NCBI GenBank assembly: GCA_036556205.1
Contig: DATBJW010000015.1
Coordinates: forward strand, 9,674-73,673
DNA from: Gemmatimonadota bacterium
GTDB lineage: Bacteria > Gemmatimonadota > Gemmatimonadetes > JACCXV01
Length of the DNA stretch: 64,000 nt
Reading direction: 5' to 3'
The position numbers and the translations under genes are program-made. Positions 60,923 to 64,000 of the stretch are shown piece by piece. Each line of letters starts with the position of its first letter. Position 1 is the first letter of the stretch. Under the pieces are notes generated by a model that ran no database searches, had not been told where the DNA came from, and saw nothing but the letters and a program-made list of their open reading frames with translations.

Positions 60923-62670
60923 GTCGCGTCCACCACGATCATGCGCTCGGTCTCGAGCGCCTTGCAGCCCTCCGCCAGCGTCTCCAGCGCCGGCTTGCTC
61001 CCGCGCTCCATGCGCCCCGCGAGCTCCTCCACGAGCGGCCGGTACTGCCGCACCCAGGAGTCCAGCAACAGGTAGCGAGGCCGGAACGACCAGCGATCGA
61101 GCAGGATGAAGTCCACGCCGTAGGCGCGCACGAAGGCGCGCAGCTCGGCGGGATCCTCGGCGTATTCCGCGCGCAGCAGATCGGTCACGCGGCTGTGGAT
61201 CCGGCGGTAGTAGCCGAGCTGGTAGGGGACGGCGTGCAGGCGGCTCACGAGCACCGAGCGGCGCGAGAAGATCGGGATGTTGTCGGCCTCGGGCGAGACC
61301 GAGGCCACGAGAGCGTCCGGCGGCTGGCGCTCGAAGAAGCGGTAGAGCGCCGGCTCATCGCCCACGATGTAGGCCCCACCCGGCTCCTGGACGAGCGGCA
61401 ACGCCAGGAATCCCGACACCGCGACGATCCCGAGCGCGGCGAGGCCCCGGCGAAGGACGGAGAAGGCGCGGCCGCCGCGCCGGAGGCGGCGGCCCACGAC
61501 GTCGGCCACGATCACCAGCACGGCCCCCGCGGCCACCGCCAGGACGATGCGGATGCTGAACATCGCGTAGCGGCTCGGCAGGTGCAGCCGGAAAACGAGC
61601 GCGTGCGCGGCGGCGAAGAGGAGCAGCGAGGCGAGGCCCAGTCGGGCCAGCAGCCCCGCGTCACGCGTGACGCGACCCGCCAGGGGGAACGCGCGGGGCA
61701 ACGCCGTCAGGATCGGGAGCAGCATGCCGCCCAGCATGGGCACACCGGCCCAGATGAAAGGCCCCGATGCCGAGAAGAACTTGCCCAGCAGTCCGCTCCG
61801 GTGGGCGACGATCCAGAAGGTCCAGGGGTCGCGGTCGAAGAAGCGGGCCCGTCCGCCGCGGAAGAACTCGGGCATCCCCCGCGCCACGCCTTCCGTAACG
61901 GTCGGCCCGAACCGCGACGAGGCGAGCGCGAATGGGAGCAGCGACGCCGCGGCGGCGGCGAGACCGGCGGCGGCGAGGATCCAATCGCGTCGCTCACGCG
62001 CGAGGCGCGGCCGACCGCCTTCCAGGCGGAGGAGCCAGAGGACCAGCGTCCCGCACGAGACGAGCAGGATCTGCGGGTAGAAGAGACCCTGCAGCGCGAG
62101 GGCGAGCGCGCACCCGAGCGCGGCACGCCGGGACAGAAGATAGAGGAAGGCGGCCAGGAGGGGGATCGCAAACGCGTGCGGCGTCCCCGAGGCGAGCTCG
62201 TCCGTGAGCCACAGGTGCTGGCTCAGGAGCGCCGAGGCGGCGAACGCCGCCGCCGGGTGCGGCAGAACCCGGGCGGCGAATGCGAACGTGCACCCCACCG
62301 CCACGAGCGCCAGGGCAACGGGCAGGAGCTTGCCGAAGAGCACCGGATCGAGCCCGACGGCCGCGGCCGCCCGGTAGAGGAGCGTGTAGCCGCTGGGGGC
62401 GACGGCCTGGAAGTAATCGGCGATCAGGTCGTGCGGGAAAAGAGCCGCGTCCTCGAAGCGGCGCGCCCAGAAGACGTGCTGGCGGGCGTCGTTCTGAACC
62501 ACGTAGGGGCCGCTGAACGCCACCCGCAGGTCGGGCAACGCATAGAGGACGGCCAGCGCCATGGCCGCCGTGAACGAAGCCCTCCACGAGGCGCCATTCG
62601 CGGCGGACGGACCCCGCCCGCCCTCGCTGGAACGGGGTCCCACGGCTCCCCCCGGATCAGGACGCGCCAC
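60907..62670 (-). CDS. Polytopic membrane protein, paralog 2 of 3
   Basis: 587 aa. Colinear with paralog 1, with long identical runs (PDLRVAFSGPYVVQ, GVDFILLDRWSFRPR, DSWVRQYRPLVEELA). Confidence 0.8.
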   Translation of the reverse strand: MARPDPGGAVGPRSSEGGRGPSAANGASWRASFTAAMALAVLYALPDLRVAFSGPYVVQNDARQHVFWARRFEDAALFPHDLIADYFQAVAPSGYTLLYRAAAAVGLDPVLFGKLLPVALALVAVGCTFAFAARVLPHPAAAFAASALLSQHLWLTDELASGTPHAFAIPLLAAFLYLLSRRAALGCALALALQGLFYPQILLVSCGTLVLWLLRLEGGRPRLARERRDWILAAAGLAAAAASLLPFALASSRFGPTVTEGVARGMPEFFRGGRARFFDRDPWTFWIVAHRSGLLGKFFSASGPFIWAGVPMLGGMLLPILTALPRAFPLAGRVTRDAGLLARLGLASLLLFAAAHALVFRLHLPSRYAMFSIRIVLAVAAGAVLVIVADVVGRRLRRGGRAFSVLRRGLAALGIVAVSGFLALPLVQEPGGAYIVGDEPALYRFFERQPPDALVASVSPEADNIPIFSRRSVLVSRLHAVPYQLGYYRRIHSRVTDLLRAEYAEDPAELRAFVRAYGVDFILLDRWSFRPRYLLLDSWVRQYRPLVEELAGRMERGSKPALETLAEGCKALETERMIVVDATCLLR

Positions 62671-64000
62671 GCCCGGACTCGTTCTCGGCCCCGGCCACGC
62701 AGTCCGCCCCGAGCACGACCAGGTTACGCTCGTGCAGCAGAGCGCAGCGTTCCAGTGCGCGGGCCAGAGCCGGGACGCTTCCGCTCTCCAGCCGGGCGAC
62801 GATCTGGTCCGACAAGGGGTGGAACTGACGAATCCAGGCCTGCCGCACCCAGGGCGCGGCGAAGGCGTCGCTCTCGACCAGGAAGAAGTCCGGCCGGTAG
62901 CGGCGCACGAACGCCGCCAGCTCCGCCGGGTCCTCCGCGTACTCGGCGCTGAGCAGGGCCAGCGCGCGCTCCCTGACCGGCCGGTAGTAGCCCAGCTGAT
63001 ACGGGACCGCGTTCAGCCGCCCGACCAGGACCGAGCGGCGGGAGAAGACCGGCAGGTTGTCGGCCTCCAGGGAGAGTGTCGCGATCCGCGCGCCGACCGG
63101 CTGGGCCGCGAAAAAGCGGTAGACGGCCGGGTACTTCCCCACCAGGTAGTAGCCCGCCGGCTCCTGGACGAAGAAGATCGCGACGTAGATCGCCAGGCCA
63201 AGCGCCGCCGCACCTGCCAGCGCGCCCCGGAGAGCCCGGCGCGTCCTCGGGATCCGGCGCCAAACCGCGTCCGCCACGATCACCAGCGCGATTCCGCCCG
63301 CCAGCGCCAGCACCACCCGCATGCTGTACATCGAGTAGCGGCTCGGCAGGTGCAGCCGGAAGAGGAGCGCGTGCGCGGAGAGGAAGAGCCCCAGCGAGGC
63401 CAGGGCCAGCCGCCCCAGGAGGCCCACGGCGGGCGTCACGCTCGAGGCCAGCGGGAAGAGGCGCGGGGCGGCGAGGAGCAGCGGCAACAGGAAGCCGGCT
63501 CGCATCGGCACGCTGGCGTAGACGAACGTGCCGCCGGACCAGAAGAACTTGGCCAGGAAGCCGCTGCGGCGGTCGCTGACCCAGAACTCCTCGGGCGTGC
63601 GCTCGAAGAACTGCGCGCGGCCACCCTGCAGGAACTCGGGCAGACTCCGCGCCTGGTCGGCCGTCACGGCGGGTCCGAAGCGTGAAGTCGCGTGGTGGTA
63701 GGGGAGCAGAAGGGCGACGGCAAGCGCGAGTCCCTCGAGGCAGAGCGAGAGGTCGCCGCGGTCACGCGTGATGCGCAGCCGGCCGTCCTCGAGCCGCACG
63801 AGCCCGAGCGCCAGCGTGACGCCCGAGACCAGCAGGATGTGAGGGTAGATCAGGCCTTGGAGCAGGAGACAGACGAGCACGCTTACCCGGGAACGGCGCG
63901 AGAGGTAATAGAGGAAGGCCGCCAGGAGCGGGACGGCGAAGGCGTGAGGCGTCCCCGAGGGGAGATCGTCCGTGAGCCAGTTGGCCTGGCTCACGAGCAG
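62657..64000 (-). CDS. Polytopic membrane protein, paralog 3 of 3 (N-terminus beyond right edge)
   Basis: The reading frame stays open to the window end (..LLVSQANWLTDDLPSGTPHAFAVPLLAAFLYYL..). Colinear with residues from about 150 onward of paralogs 1 and 2, and more divergent. Confidence 0.78.
   Translation of the reverse strand: MLVSQANWLTDDLPSGTPHAFAVPLLAAFLYYLSRRSRVSVLVCLLLQGLIYPHILLVSGVTLALGLVRLEDGRLRITRDRGDLSLCLEGLALAVALLLPYHHATSRFGPAVTADQARSLPEFLQGGRAQFFERTPEEFWVSDRRSGFLAKFFWSGGTFVYASVPMRAGFLLPLLLAAPRLFPLASSVTPAVGLLGRLALASLGLFLSAHALLFRLHLPSRYSMYSMRVVLALAGGIALVIVADAVWRRIPRTRRALRGALAGAAALGLAIYVAIFFVQEPAGYYLVGKYPAVYRFFAAQPVGARIATLSLEADNLPVFSRRSVLVGRLNAVPYQLGYYRPVRERALALLSAEYAEDPAELAAFVRRYRPDFFLVESDAFAAPWVRQAWIRQFHPLSDQIVARLESGSVPALARALERCALLHERNLVVLGADCVAGAENESGRGAS

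Overview
High-GC (roughly 70% by eye) bacterial chromosomal segment. It is densely coding, and many neighbouring genes are joined by ATGA/GTGA start-stop overlaps. The high GC produces many long spurious ORFs in the six-frame track. I accepted a frame only where I could read family motifs or a clean signal peptide, and I trimmed several track ORFs to internal starts. I support about 60 protein genes, one ncRNA, and several promoters, terminators and repeats.

Layout:
- 1-8.9 kb, minus strand: nnr, rsmE, prmA, dnaJ, hrcA, hemW, an Mth938-like gene, dprA and obg.
- 9-10.2 kb: a VanX-like dipeptidase and a lower-GC RHH/RelE toxin-antitoxin pair.
- 10.2-16.7 kb: a GT4 glycosyltransferase and a 2-oxoacid dehydrogenase operon (E1alpha, E1beta, E2, plus a second orphan E1alpha).
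- 17.4-19.5 kb: a sugar oxidoreductase/aminotransferase pair.
- 21.5-25.4 kb: pgsA-pgpA-cinA-hydrolase-thpR.
- 26.9-30.9 kb: SRP RNA-dnaX-ybaB-recR followed directly by mglB-mglA.
- 30.9-47.5 kb: a complete Tad/Flp pilus operon (two flp pilins, cpaA, cpaB, cpaC, tadZ, tadA, tadB, tadC, TPR lipoprotein). It continues into a translationally coupled MoxR-like AAA+ ATPase, a TonB-like protein and a 1444-aa polytopic NtrY-like histidine kinase.
- 48-55.5 kb: a degenerate sigma-54-activator-like regulator, an odd Phe-rich secreted protein, and an HExxH protease coupled to TolC/MFP/ABC-ATPase genes.
- 55.5-59 kb: an EamA transporter, iscS and mnmA.
- 59.1-64 kb: three tandem paralogous polytopic (GT-C-like) membrane proteins of unknown function.

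Best candidates for something undescribed:
- the non-canonical tail of the Tad operon (AAA+ ATPase, TonB-like protein, giant kinase), together with the sigma-54-type flp promoter and the GAFTGA-less regulator;
- the DPFFF-repeat secreted protein;
- the triplicated membrane-protein family;
- a near-perfect 2 x 98-bp structured tandem repeat downstream of mglA.

All calls come from reading the sequence. No database search was run.
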